In this document: piece by piece, positions 55,977 through 64,000 of the stretch
Position numbering within the stretch: the stretch's first letter is position 1
Layout of the letters: each line of letters begins with the position of its first letter
NCBI GenBank assembly: GCA_003171255.1
Contig: PMYK01000029.1
Location: 11,816 to 75,815, forward strand
Length of the DNA stretch: 64,000 nt
Reading direction: 5' to 3'
Origin: Chloroflexota bacterium
Lineage (GTDB): Bacteria; Chloroflexota; Limnocylindria; Limnocylindrales; CSP1-4
Made by a program: the position numbers and the translations under genes
Notes under the pieces: generated by a model
What the model was told of the DNA's origin: nothing
Seen by the model: only the letters and a program-made list of their open reading frames with translations
Databases searched by the model: none

Positions 55977-58409
55977 TCAGCGGCTCGTTCGAGGCGCCCT
56001 TCCCCTGCGCCCTGACCCGCCTTGCTTGCGGCCATGTCGGCGGATTCTGGGCATTCGTAGAGCCAGCCTGAGCAGAGCCTGCCGGATTATCCGGTGTGCG
56101 GTTGCGACGAACACCAGTCGTTCGGAGCTCAACTCCTGCTTTCCATATGTGGCCTCAACCGTCGCCGTGGCCACGATCCTGAGCGATTCGCGAGCCTGTG
56201 GCACAACCTCGGCCAGCATGCTCGTGTACTCGAACACCGTCTGCGTCGGGCGAGGCTTGTATCCGAGCCGGCTGGCGAGCCGGACGACGCTTCGATAGAC
56301 CGTGTCCGCTCCCTCCTGCCGCCTCGGGCGGCGGCGCCAGATGACGAAGAGCGCGAGAGCGAGGATCGCGATCAGGACGACAGGCACCAGCGCGGCCGCG
56401 CCGCTGTCGCCTGAGGTGGTGGCAGTCGCGCTGGACCCCGGGTCGTGACTCGCCCGTGGGCGCGGAGTCCCTTGGGGGCCGTAGGAGAAGTTCGGGGTTG
56501 GCGTCGCGACCACCGCACTTCCCGGGACGAGTTCCGTGGGCTCCCCGACGCCGCCGCCGGTTGGGTCGAACGGGATCCATCCGTAGTTCGGGAAGAAAAC
56601 CTCCACCCAGGCGTGCTTCTGCTGCGTCGTGACCTGTTGGACGAGTGTGTGCACGTCCGTGGGACCGGGCAAGTAACCCTGCACATATCGCGCCGGGTAG
56701 CCCTCCATCCGCATCAGCATCGTCATCGTCGTCGCGTACTGCTCGCAGAAACCCTCACGAACCCGAGCGAAACAGTCGACGGTGGTGAGCCCGCTACATG
56801 CGGCCGCGTCGCCGGTGAGGTCGGTCTTGTAGGTGAAGAGGTCGCTGTGGAGATAGTCCTGGACCTCCTTGGCGACGTCGTATTCGGTATCGAAGGAGCC
56901 GCCGCTCGAGCGGGCCCAGCCCGCGATCTCGGCCAGCAGCGCCTTCCCATCGGACTTGACCAAATCGGCACCCTGCGTGTACCGGGTCAAAAAGTCCGCT
57001 GGGAAACTCGTGCCGGCGTGCCGCAGCCGCCATTCGGTGAGGCCATTGCCCGTGGGGTCCTCATTGGGCACGTAAGACGACACGATGTAGTCGGTGGCAT
57101 CGGTCTGGAACCAGGCCACGTTCACATTGGCAAGATCGGCACCCACCAGGGTCCGCTGGACTGCCACGTTCACGCTGTCAGGCTCATTCGGGGCGATGAG
57201 GTGCCTGATCGCCGAGTCTTGAATGTGAACTTGCGAGGTCACCTGGATCCGGCCGGCCGTGTTCGACCCGACAAGATCCAGCGTCCCGCTGTCGAGAGTG
57301 AGCCCCGCGATCACGTCGTCCTGCGACCGATCCGATCCCACCGTCCAGGCCGAACCCTGGAATTCCTCATAGGCGATGAGCCGCCAGTGCAACGCAATCG
57401 GTCCCTCGGGCAGCCGGACGGTGAAGACGTCCCGCGTGGCTTCGCGGAATATCGGCGATATCGGCGCGACTGGTCCGAAGTCCGAGGTCGATTGGATGCG
57501 ACTCGATCCACCCTTTGGCAGATACCCGCTCATCCAGCTGAGGGCATCTCCGAACTGAGAGCCAAGACCCTGGAAGGCGCTCCCCAGTGGAGCGGAGCTG
57601 GCCACCGTTGTCAGAATCAGAGACCCGGCTACGGCAGCGCAGGCGAAGGCCATGCCGCCCTGGAGGTGAGGCGCCTGGAATTCACGACCTCGCCAGATAC
57701 GGTGGCGCAGCCAGCTGGACCGCTCATCGGCCGCATGGGCGAGCAACAGCAGGACCAGGGCCGCGGCGCTGAACGCCACGAGGGCCGTGAACTGGTCGTT
57801 CAAAGTCAGGGCCATGTTGGCGATGAGGACCACCGCCAGGAGCAGCACGCCGTTGACCGCCCGGTGGTAGCCGAACACGTCGTATGAGGCCGCTTGGGCA
57901 GTACCCCAGACCAGGACGCCGAGGATCAGGCAGAAGTGACCGACCTGCAGGGTGACCACCTGATGCCGCCAGGTCAGGTCGAGGTAGGCCTGAGTGACGG
58001 AGTACCCCGTGGCGTTGAACCAGTCAAACAGGTTCCCGTTAGGGCCCACGTACAAGGTGGACCCGACCACCTCGATCAAGACGATCGCGCCTATGGCGCA
58101 GCCAATCGTGTGGGCAACCCACGGCCGGAGGCTCAGCCGCGCGCTGATGTAGCCCCACAACGCCGCCACCACGGCAACCGCGACGAGGAAGCTCGTCAGC
58201 GAGTCCTGGGCCAGGATCCATCGCGCATCCGAGATCGACCAGGCCATCGTCGCGGTCAGAATCAGGACCAAAGGCAGGCTCGCCCAGCCTTCGTCCGGGC
58301 GCATCCGGGCCAGGAGCCGGCCGATCTGCCCCGGCTGATCGAGGGCCGATTCGGCTTTGGGCCGGTAGATCTCCGGGAAACCCTTACGAAGCGAGCCCGT
58401 GGTCGCCAT
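55977..58409 (-). CDS. Transglutaminase-domain integral membrane protein (TgpA-like: N-terminal multi-transmembrane region, transglutaminase core, C-terminal transmembrane segment and DUF4129-like tail)
   Basis: The Cys-His-Asp core reads CFARVREGFCEQYATTMTMLMR...QKHAWVEVFFPNYGWIPFDPT. I took the ATG at 58409 (MATTGSLRKG...), the first ATG downstream of the DUF58 stop. Confidence 0.85.
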   Translation of the reverse strand: MATTGSLRKGFPEIYRPKAESALDQPGQIGRLLARMRPDEGWASLPLVLILTATMAWSISDARWILAQDSLTSFLVAVAVVAALWGYISARLSLRPWVAHTIGCAIGAIVLIEVVGSTLYVGPNGNLFDWFNATGYSVTQAYLDLTWRHQVVTLQVGHFCLILGVLVWGTAQAASYDVFGYHRAVNGVLLLAVVLIANMALTLNDQFTALVAFSAAALVLLLLAHAADERSSWLRHRIWRGREFQAPHLQGGMAFACAAVAGSLILTTVASSAPLGSAFQGLGSQFGDALSWMSGYLPKGGSSRIQSTSDFGPVAPISPIFREATRDVFTVRLPEGPIALHWRLIAYEEFQGSAWTVGSDRSQDDVIAGLTLDSGTLDLVGSNTAGRIQVTSQVHIQDSAIRHLIAPNEPDSVNVAVQRTLVGADLANVNVAWFQTDATDYIVSSYVPNEDPTGNGLTEWRLRHAGTSFPADFLTRYTQGADLVKSDGKALLAEIAGWARSSGGSFDTEYDVAKEVQDYLHSDLFTYKTDLTGDAAACSGLTTVDCFARVREGFCEQYATTMTMLMRMEGYPARYVQGYLPGPTDVHTLVQQVTTQQKHAWVEVFFPNYGWIPFDPTGGGVGEPTELVPGSAVVATPTPNFSYGPQGTPRPRASHDPGSSATATTSGDSGAAALVPVVLIAILALALFVIWRRRPRRQEGADTVYRSVVRLASRLGYKPRPTQTVFEYTSMLAEVVPQARESLRIVATATVEATYGKQELSSERLVFVATAHRIIRQALLRLALRMPRIRRHGRKQGGSGRRGRAPRTSR

Positions 58410-58455
58410 CGCTAGCACCACCCTTGCGTCGAAAACACCGCGGCCGGTCGGTAGA

Positions 58456-59754
58456 TCATGCGAGTACCGCCCCGAGGTCATCGCCGGCATGGACCTCGTA
58501 GGACCTGAGGTCGTATTCGGCCAGCGCGAAGCGCAGCGCCCGCTGCTCCTGCGCCGCATGCTGCCCGTCCGTCTCGCTGATCAGATGCGTTCGACGGGCC
58601 GTCTCATAGCTGTCGGCCACGAGCGTAATGACGGCCGCGTTGACGCCACGAACTCGCAGCGATGTCAGCGTCCGGACCCATTGCCGCTCCCTGGACGGGG
58701 TGACGATCACGGCCGTCATGCCCCGGCGCAGCTTCGGCAGCCCGGCCAGGAGAAGCTCCGCAAGGGGCGATTGGCCGTCGCCGTCTACCGCCGCCAGGAG
58801 TTGCATGATCTTCTGGCGTTGCCTCGGCCCGCGGTCCGCAGGGATCGACACAGTTCGGTGCCCGCTCGTAGTAAGGCCAACGGCGCGGTTCTCGAGGATG
58901 GCATCGTGGGCGATCGAGGCCGCCACGCAAAGGGCTTCCTCCACGGTCGATGTGTCGCCCTCACCCGCCTGAGCCCTGGTTTCCAGATCAACGAAGATCC
59001 AGACATCGGCCGTCTGCTCCAGATCGAACTCTTTGACCTGGATCTCGCCAAGCCGGGCGGTGCTGCGCCAGTGGATGCGATTGAAGCTGTCGCCCGGAGC
59101 GTACGGCCGGACCGACGTGGCCAGCGGCGTCGTCTGGAGGGCCCGTTCGGGCGTGGAATGGGTGCCTTCCAGGTAGGCATGTGGAAGGCGCCATCGGGGC
59201 AGGGGCACGACGCGCGGAAACACCGTCACGACAGTCGGCCGTCCGACGGTTGCGGCCGCCTCGAAGAAGCCGAACGGGTCGCCCGTCCTGACCACCATCG
59301 GCTCGATTCGATAGGTCCCGCGCCGGGTCAACGGCACGATTGCGATCCAGGAACGCTGCGCCCAGGACCGCAGGCCAAGGGCCCGCCCGGGCAGCAGAAC
59401 GGGCAGGTCGGTGGGATTGAATACCTCCAACCAGGGTTTGGGCAGGCGGCTGGCGTTGGAGATGCTGTACGTCGTCTTGAGCTCGTCGCCGACGTGGGCC
59501 TGGCGGTGGTCGACCCGATATCCGGCCTCGAGATCGGCCAGCCCCAGCCTGGTCAGCACGTAGCTGCCTCCGACCGCGAGCAGACCGAGGTAGACCACAT
59601 AGAACAGGAAGCCCTCACCCGTCGCGAATGCTGCGACCAGGAGAACGACCGCGACGATCAGGAATTGGAGCCGCCGGATCACGAGACGACGCCCTTGGCT
59701 GACTAGCTGGCCCGGCTGTTGGAGGCGCCGCGCGTCGCGGCGCCCGCTTGCCAC
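58456..59754 (-). CDS. DUF58 (vWA-like) protein, MoxR partner
   Basis: The sequence reads [35 protein letters not shown], with two N-terminal transmembrane segments. The track start at 59754 overlaps moxR by 52 nt. An alternative GTG at 59682 would give [10 protein letters not shown]. Confidence 0.85.
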   Translation of the reverse strand: MASGRRDARRLQQPGQLVSQGRRLVIRRLQFLIVAVVLLVAAFATGEGFLFYVVYLGLLAVGGSYVLTRLGLADLEAGYRVDHRQAHVGDELKTTYSISNASRLPKPWLEVFNPTDLPVLLPGRALGLRSWAQRSWIAIVPLTRRGTYRIEPMVVRTGDPFGFFEAAATVGRPTVVTVFPRVVPLPRWRLPHAYLEGTHSTPERALQTTPLATSVRPYAPGDSFNRIHWRSTARLGEIQVKEFDLEQTADVWIFVDLETRAQAGEGDTSTVEEALCVAASIAHDAILENRAVGLTTSGHRTVSIPADRGPRQRQKIMQLLAAVDGDGQSPLAELLLAGLPKLRRGMTAVIVTPSRERQWVRTLTSLRVRGVNAAVITLVADSYETARRTHLISETDGQHAAQEQRALRFALAEYDLRSYEVHAGDDLGAVLA

Positions 59755-60731
59755 GGCGGCGTCGGCACACCATGGTGATCGGTGCTCTTGGCCTTGGCGG
59801 AGTCCACCGGCACAGTGTCCAGCAGCTCGGTGATCACCTGGCGAGGATCGATGTCGTGCATTGACGAACTGGTCTTGATGATCAGGCGATGAGCCAGGGC
59901 CACTTCAGCGAGGGCCTTGATGTCATCCGGGATCACGTAGTCGCGGCCTGCCAGGGCCGCCAGGGCCTGGCCGGTGCGATACAAGGCCAGCGAGCCACGA
60001 GGTGAGGCCCCGAGATACACATCCGGGTGGCTCCGCGTGGCACTAACAAGCCGGACGATGTAGTCGGACACACTTGGATCCACGTAGACCTTGCGAACCG
60101 CGACCTGAAGCTCCACTAGATCCGCCACATCCAGAACCGCTTGGAGGTCATCGAGAGGATGCGTGATCTTCTGCTCGTCGAGGATCGTAACCTCGTCCGC
60201 TTGACTCGGGTAGCCGAGCCGAATGCGCAGCATGAACCGGTCGAGCTGCGCCTCAGGCAACGCAAATGTGCCTTCGTACTCGATCGGGTTCTGTGTGGCT
60301 ACCACGAGGAACGGATCGGGCATCTGATATGTGGTGCCCTCGATCGTGGCTTGGTGCTCTTCCATGCACTCGAGGAGCGCCGACTGGGTCTTGGGTGTCG
60401 CCCGGTTGATCTCGTCGGCCAGAACGACCTGGGCCATGATCGGGCCCGGCCTGAACTCGAACTCCTGCGTCTTCTGGTTGTAGATGGACAAGCCGGTCAC
60501 GTCCGACGGCAGAAGGTCGGGCGTGAATTGGATGCGGCGGAAACTGCAGTTGAGGCTGCGAGCGACGGCTTTCGCGAGCATCGTCTTGCCCGTCCCGGGC
60601 ACGTCTTCGATAAGCAGATGGCCGCGACAGAGCAAGGCAACGAGAGTGAGTCGAACCTCTCGCTGCTTTCCAATGATCACGCGTTCGACGTTCGAAGCTA
60701 CCTTCTCGCCGGTCTCATGGATCGTGGTCAT
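59703..60731 (-). CDS. MoxR-family AAA+ ATPase
   Basis: 342 aa. The sequence reads [43 protein letters not shown]...[15 protein letters not shown]...[18 protein letters not shown]. Confidence 0.92.
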   Translation of the reverse strand: MTTIHETGEKVASNVERVIIGKQREVRLTLVALLCRGHLLIEDVPGTGKTMLAKAVARSLNCSFRRIQFTPDLLPSDVTGLSIYNQKTQEFEFRPGPIMAQVVLADEINRATPKTQSALLECMEEHQATIEGTTYQMPDPFLVVATQNPIEYEGTFALPEAQLDRFMLRIRLGYPSQADEVTILDEQKITHPLDDLQAVLDVADLVELQVAVRKVYVDPSVSDYIVRLVSATRSHPDVYLGASPRGSLALYRTGQALAALAGRDYVIPDDIKALAEVALAHRLIIKTSSSMHDIDPRQVITELLDTVPVDSAKAKSTDHHGVPTPPWQAGAATRGASNSRAS

Positions 60732-61141
60732 GACTCTCTCTTCAGGACGCGAAGGCGGATGATGGCCTGCGATTCATCTCGCAGAGCCCTGGTCCGTGAG
60801 GCCTTCATCGCCAGGACGGGCGGAAGGCCGCCACATACTACGCCGAGACGAGTCGGCTTTCCCGCTGTGATGCCGCCGTTTCGTTCGCGACGAATCGTAA
60901 CCTCAGGCGCGGCCTTCGAGCATGTCGAAGCTTCTGCTACGAATGACGTGATCTCTGGCCGCATTGTTCAGAGAACCCCGCACGCGACCATCCTTGCGGC
61001 CAACCTTGCAGAAACTGGGACCTTAGGGCCCCGTCGACGAGTACGAGCAGGCCTAATGCTGCGAGGGCTACATCGGGGTACTCTCCCCACAGTGCTGCGC
61101 CGGCGGCACTCGGGTCTGGCCTGCAGGACAACGGAGCACCA

Positions 61142-62938
61142 ATGCCCGACTTGACCAACTCGTATTGCGAGCGGTGCGGCGCACGCTACGACTTCGCTCC
61201 GAACGCGCCCAAGGGCCTATCCCTCAGGGGCGCCCGCGTCCTCGCCAAGGGCCTGAAGAACTTCGTTCTGACCGACAGCCAGTCGATGAGTGACGCCATG
61301 GCGCTGGCACGCCACGACGACGAGCACCAGGACTCGAGCCGAATGACCGAGGCCTTCCACCGCACCTTCAACTTCTGCATGACGTGCCGGCAGTACGCCT
61401 GCGACAAGTGCTGGAACGAGCGCGTCGGTGCCTGTTTGTCGTGCTCGCCCGAGCCCGACTCCGAGGTCCTGCCACTCGACGACCACATGCTCGTCCGGAC
61501 GCCGGTCGCGAGCTGGGACACCGACTGGTCGGCTTTCGCCGAAGATCTCGCGGCCGAGTCGGCCCAACCGGCTGCTCAGCCGGCTCGCTTCGATGCGCCG
61601 ATCCATCTCGAGGAAGCCACCCGCGCCGTGCCGCCGGCCTGGCCCGTCATCGACCTTCCCGGCGGAGCCCCCGGGGCGACGGGTAGCCCGAACCCGAAGA
61701 GCGGCCGCCGCGGTGCCCGCAAGGCCGTCGATCCGGTCGCCGCCAGCCTCTGGCCCCTCGCCGACGAGATCGCTCCCGAGATGACCCTGACTCCCGAGGA
61801 GCTCGAGATCGTGGAGTCGAGCCTCGGCCAAGGCGAGACACTCCAGGACTCCGCCCATGCCACGGAAGTCGGCCCGGAGCCCGAGTGGCTCACGGCCATG
61901 CCCGCCCCGTGGATGCCTCAACCGGTGGACGGCGCTGTCATCCCAGTGCTGCAGCCCGGGGTCCAGCCGCAGCGAATCCTCAGCATGCCCATGGCAAGCC
62001 TGCCGCCCCTTGCCCCGCCCACGCCCGCACCGCAGATCCACGGTCACATCCCGGTGGTCGGAAGGCTGTTGGGCAGACACGCTCCGCAGATCGGTGCCCC
62101 GTCGCCCGAGCAACCCCGCCTCGGCCCGACTGGTCAAGGCGAGTCGGCCGGCGACGCGTGGCCGCAGGCCACGAAATGGGTGGAACGCCCGGCCGGACTC
62201 CACGATCGACTCCTCGAGCCCGAGGTCCCGGCCGCAGCCCTGGCAATGGAGCCTGGCGTTGAGCCCACACCCACACCGGCTCCCGTCCAGCCCGCCGCGG
62301 CTCCAGGCCGGCCTACGCCGGCTCCGGAGCTTGCCCCGCCTCCCGCGGCGGCACCCGCGCTGCCGTCCCTGCCGGAGGCGGTTGCCCCCGCCCCGATGTT
62401 GCCCCGCACGCAGTGGGCACAAGTCGACGCGCGTATCGCCGCCGCGGTCCGACTCTCGGGCGTGTCCGTCGGCCCCACCGAGTCCAACCCAACCGACATT
62501 GACGTGGCCCCGGATATGGCCTCGCTCTGGGCCGCACCCGAGCCGCGGCAGGGAACCGATTCCGAGGCCGTCGAGGTCAGACACGGACAGTCGGCCGGTA
62601 CGCAGGAGCGGGCTCCTGGTCGGCCCGTCCCTGCCGGACCTCAGGAGCTGGTAGAGCAGGCCGAACCGTCCGCGGAGCCGCCGGCTCTCTGGCCACCGTT
62701 GGGCGCAAGCTGGCCGGCTCAGGAGGCGCCTGGCACGCCGTGGCCTGCCCCGCCTTCCCCGCCAGTCGCGGCGATCGTAGCCACTCAGCGGGTCGCGGCA
62801 CAGACCCTGGACGAGATGTGGACCCAATCCGCGCAACAGGTCCTGAACCGCGGCTCAGTGCGCGTCTGCCACCGCTGTGCGCTGCCCGTGTCGACTCAGG
62901 CGCGATTCTGCCGTCGCTGCGGAACGAAACAGGCCTGA
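61142..62938 (+). CDS. Hypothetical protein with zinc-ribbon modules at both termini, joined by a Pro/Ala-rich low-complexity region of about 400 aa
   Basis: 598 aa starting at ATG. The N-terminus reads YCERCGARYDF...FCMTCRQYACDKCWNERVGACLSCS. The C-terminus reads VCHRCALPVSTQARFCRRCGTKQA. Confidence 0.65.
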   Translation: MPDLTNSYCERCGARYDFAPNAPKGLSLRGARVLAKGLKNFVLTDSQSMSDAMALARHDDEHQDSSRMTEAFHRTFNFCMTCRQYACDKCWNERVGACLSCSPEPDSEVLPLDDHMLVRTPVASWDTDWSAFAEDLAAESAQPAAQPARFDAPIHLEEATRAVPPAWPVIDLPGGAPGATGSPNPKSGRRGARKAVDPVAASLWPLADEIAPEMTLTPEELEIVESSLGQGETLQDSAHATEVGPEPEWLTAMPAPWMPQPVDGAVIPVLQPGVQPQRILSMPMASLPPLAPPTPAPQIHGHIPVVGRLLGRHAPQIGAPSPEQPRLGPTGQGESAGDAWPQATKWVERPAGLHDRLLEPEVPAAALAMEPGVEPTPTPAPVQPAAAPGRPTPAPELAPPPAAAPALPSLPEAVAPAPMLPRTQWAQVDARIAAAVRLSGVSVGPTESNPTDIDVAPDMASLWAAPEPRQGTDSEAVEVRHGQSAGTQERAPGRPVPAGPQELVEQAEPSAEPPALWPPLGASWPAQEAPGTPWPAPPSPPVAAIVATQRVAAQTLDEMWTQSAQQVLNRGSVRVCHRCALPVSTQARFCRRCGTKQA

Positions 62939-63039
62939 CTCCGACCCCGGCGGCAGCGACTGCCCGACGAGTCGCCCCACTTCATCAGGCCATCGCACCA
63001 TGCTCGGCCCGTCGAATGGGACGATTCGTCGGCGCCAGG

Positions 63040-63282
63040 CTAATCGTCAAGGTCCTCGAACAGCCCTGGCTGGAGGTCGTCGCCATGGATGGACCCGTGG
63101 GGGCGCAAGAGCGACCGCACTTGCGCCTTGCGGACGAACCGCCGGTTGCCCAACTTGATGCTCTGAAGCTGACCGAGTCGGGCCCACCGGCCAATCGTCC
63201 CGGAGGTGAACTTCACGTTCGAGGACGCCAGCAGCTCAGCCGCTTCCGAAAGTGAGATCCAGTCGGACGGTGGCTTCGACAT
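63040..63282 (-). CDS. Small helix-turn-helix DNA-binding protein (excisionase/MerR-like, BldC-like size)
   Basis: 80 aa. The sequence reads WISLSEAAELLASSNVKFTSGTIGRWARLGQLQSIKLGNRRFVRKAQVRSLL. The gene starts 3 nt after the FmdB-like stop. Confidence 0.7.
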   Translation of the reverse strand: MSKPPSDWISLSEAAELLASSNVKFTSGTIGRWARLGQLQSIKLGNRRFVRKAQVRSLLRPHGSIHGDDLQPGLFEDLDD

Positions 63283-63285
63283 CGG

Positions 63286-63654
63286 TCAGTCGGGATCTTT
63301 CGAAGTCGGCCCCGAGGCCGTGCCGCTCGCCGACGACTCGGCGCCCGAGGCCGTGCCGGTGTCGGTCGTCGAGGACCCAGCGCCCGAGGTCGTGCCGGCG
63401 TCCTTCGTCGAGGACTCAGCGCCCTCTCCCGAACTCGCCCCAGCCTCCTTGGATTCGGCGCGGCTTGGCTTGGCGGAACTCGACCGGTCCTTGCGGGCCC
63501 AGCCGCTCCCCTTGAAATGGACCGCCGGCGCCGCGAACGCCCGCTTCATCGCACCGCCGCACTTGGGGCAGTTCGACGGACCGTGGCCGTGGACGGAGTG
63601 CATCACTTCCATCGTGTGGCCGCAGTTGGAGCAGACGTAGTCGTGGATCGGCAT
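63286..63654 (-). CDS. FmdB-family (CxxC_CxxC_SSSS) zinc-ribbon protein with a repetitive Ser/Thr/Gly/Ala tail
   Basis: ATG at 63654 with a GGAGGT RBS. The sequence reads MPIHDYVCSNCGHTMEVMHSVHGHGPSNCPKCGGAMKRAFAAPAVHFKGSGW. Confidence 0.85.
   Translation of the reverse strand: MPIHDYVCSNCGHTMEVMHSVHGHGPSNCPKCGGAMKRAFAAPAVHFKGSGWARKDRSSSAKPSRAESKEAGASSGEGAESSTKDAGTTSGAGSSTTDTGTASGAESSASGTASGPTSKDPD
63308..63424. repeat. Imperfect tandem repeat inside the FmdB-like tail (units of 33, 39 and 39 nt, plus the start of a fourth)
   Basis: Unit 63341-63379 is gcgcccgaggccgtgccggtgtcggtcgtcgaggaccca. Unit 63380-63418 is gcgcccgaggtcgtgccggcgtccttcgtcgaggactca. Unit 63308-63340 is a copy with a 6-nt deletion. 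The repeat encodes 13-aa S/T/G/A/E units. Confidence 0.8.
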
Positions 63655-63674
63655 ATAGACCTCCAGGCAGCGCC

Positions 63675-64000
63675 CTAGCCGCGCGACATCCGCATGCCAC
63701 ACTTGAGACAGTAGAAGGCTCTCTCGTGCCCCGAGTTGAACCCGCAGTGAGCGCAGGACAGGCCGCCCGGCCCGGAAGCCGGAGCCGCGCGATCCAGATT
63801 GACCGTACCGATGGCATGGCTGTCGCCGGCTATGTTGTTGAAGAGGCCGGCCAGAATGCCAGCCGCGTTTCGATCCGTGTCGCCGCGGACGCCCTTGCCG
63901 CCCCAGCCGACCACGGCGCGAACTATCAGGTCGCCGGACACCTCGTCGAAGTGCGAGACAACGCCGCCGACGATGGCGTCGTACTCGGGGTAACCCAGCG
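63675..64000 (-). CDS. C-terminal part of an unidentified protein ending in a zinc ribbon; the 5' end lies beyond the window
   Basis: The frame stays open to position 64000 (my translation: ...LGYPEYDAIVGGVVSHFDEVSGDLIVRAVVGWGG...). The protein ends CAHCGFNSGHERAFYCLKCGMRMSRG. The track's 'M' at 63941 is an internal GTG. Confidence 0.55.
   Translation of the reverse strand, partial: LGYPEYDAIVGGVVSHFDEVSGDLIVRAVVGWGGKGVRGDTDRNAAGILAGLFNNIAGDSHAIGTVNLDRAAPASGPGGLSCAHCGFNSGHERAFYCLKCGMRMSRG

Noticed and set aside
60728-61158. Two small minus-strand ORFs (78 aa and 73 aa) in the large MoxR-upstream intergenic region
   Set aside because: They show no RBS, no motifs and no third-position GC bias comparable to the neighbouring genes. 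One overlaps the moxR start and the other overlaps the start of the zinc-ribbon gene.

Overview
This is a GC-rich bacterial chromosomal segment (about two-thirds G+C by eye, not computed). The gene content looks like a monoderm or Terrabacteria lineage (Actinomycetota- or Chloroflexota-like): FemAB, a DivIC/FtsB-like protein, an F420-type LLM oxidoreductase, DUF2342 and DUF4446. That taxonomic guess is an inference only.

I can support about 54 protein-coding genes (two run off the window edges), one tRNA with anticodon CAT, four hairpin terminators, one coding tandem repeat and two regulatory-looking sites.

Content is mostly core housekeeping:
- Cell wall: murE, a FemAB-like gene, murI.
- DNA transactions: the string comM-dprA-...-topA-xerC, a MrfA/MrfB-like helicase plus exonuclease pair, a UvrD fused to a Cas4-like nuclease, and rarA.
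- Membrane and protein quality control: ftsH, an M20 peptidase, NfeD-SPFH, and MoxR-DUF58-transglutaminase.
- Amino-acid metabolism: tyrA, a stand-alone trpB2, a serC-like gene and serA.
- Others: a VapBC toxin-antitoxin pair and several small zinc-ribbon proteins.

I see no CRISPR array, transposase or IS element, prophage, or rRNA. Genes are tightly packed: seven junctions share a 4-nt start/stop overlap (ATGA or GTGA).

I do not see an unambiguous novel system. The best candidates for a second look are:
1. An ECF sigma factor translationally coupled to an NfeD protease and SPFH pair, with no separate anti-sigma gene.
2. A bicistron of a DnaB-C-terminal-domain-only ATPase and a ThpR 2H-phosphoesterase.
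3. Two orphan TadZ/CpaE-like receiver-ATPase paralogs with differently degenerate receiver domains and no pilus genes nearby.
4. A serC-serA-histidine-phosphatase cluster.

All family calls are by-eye motif recognition on the supplied translations. No database search was run.
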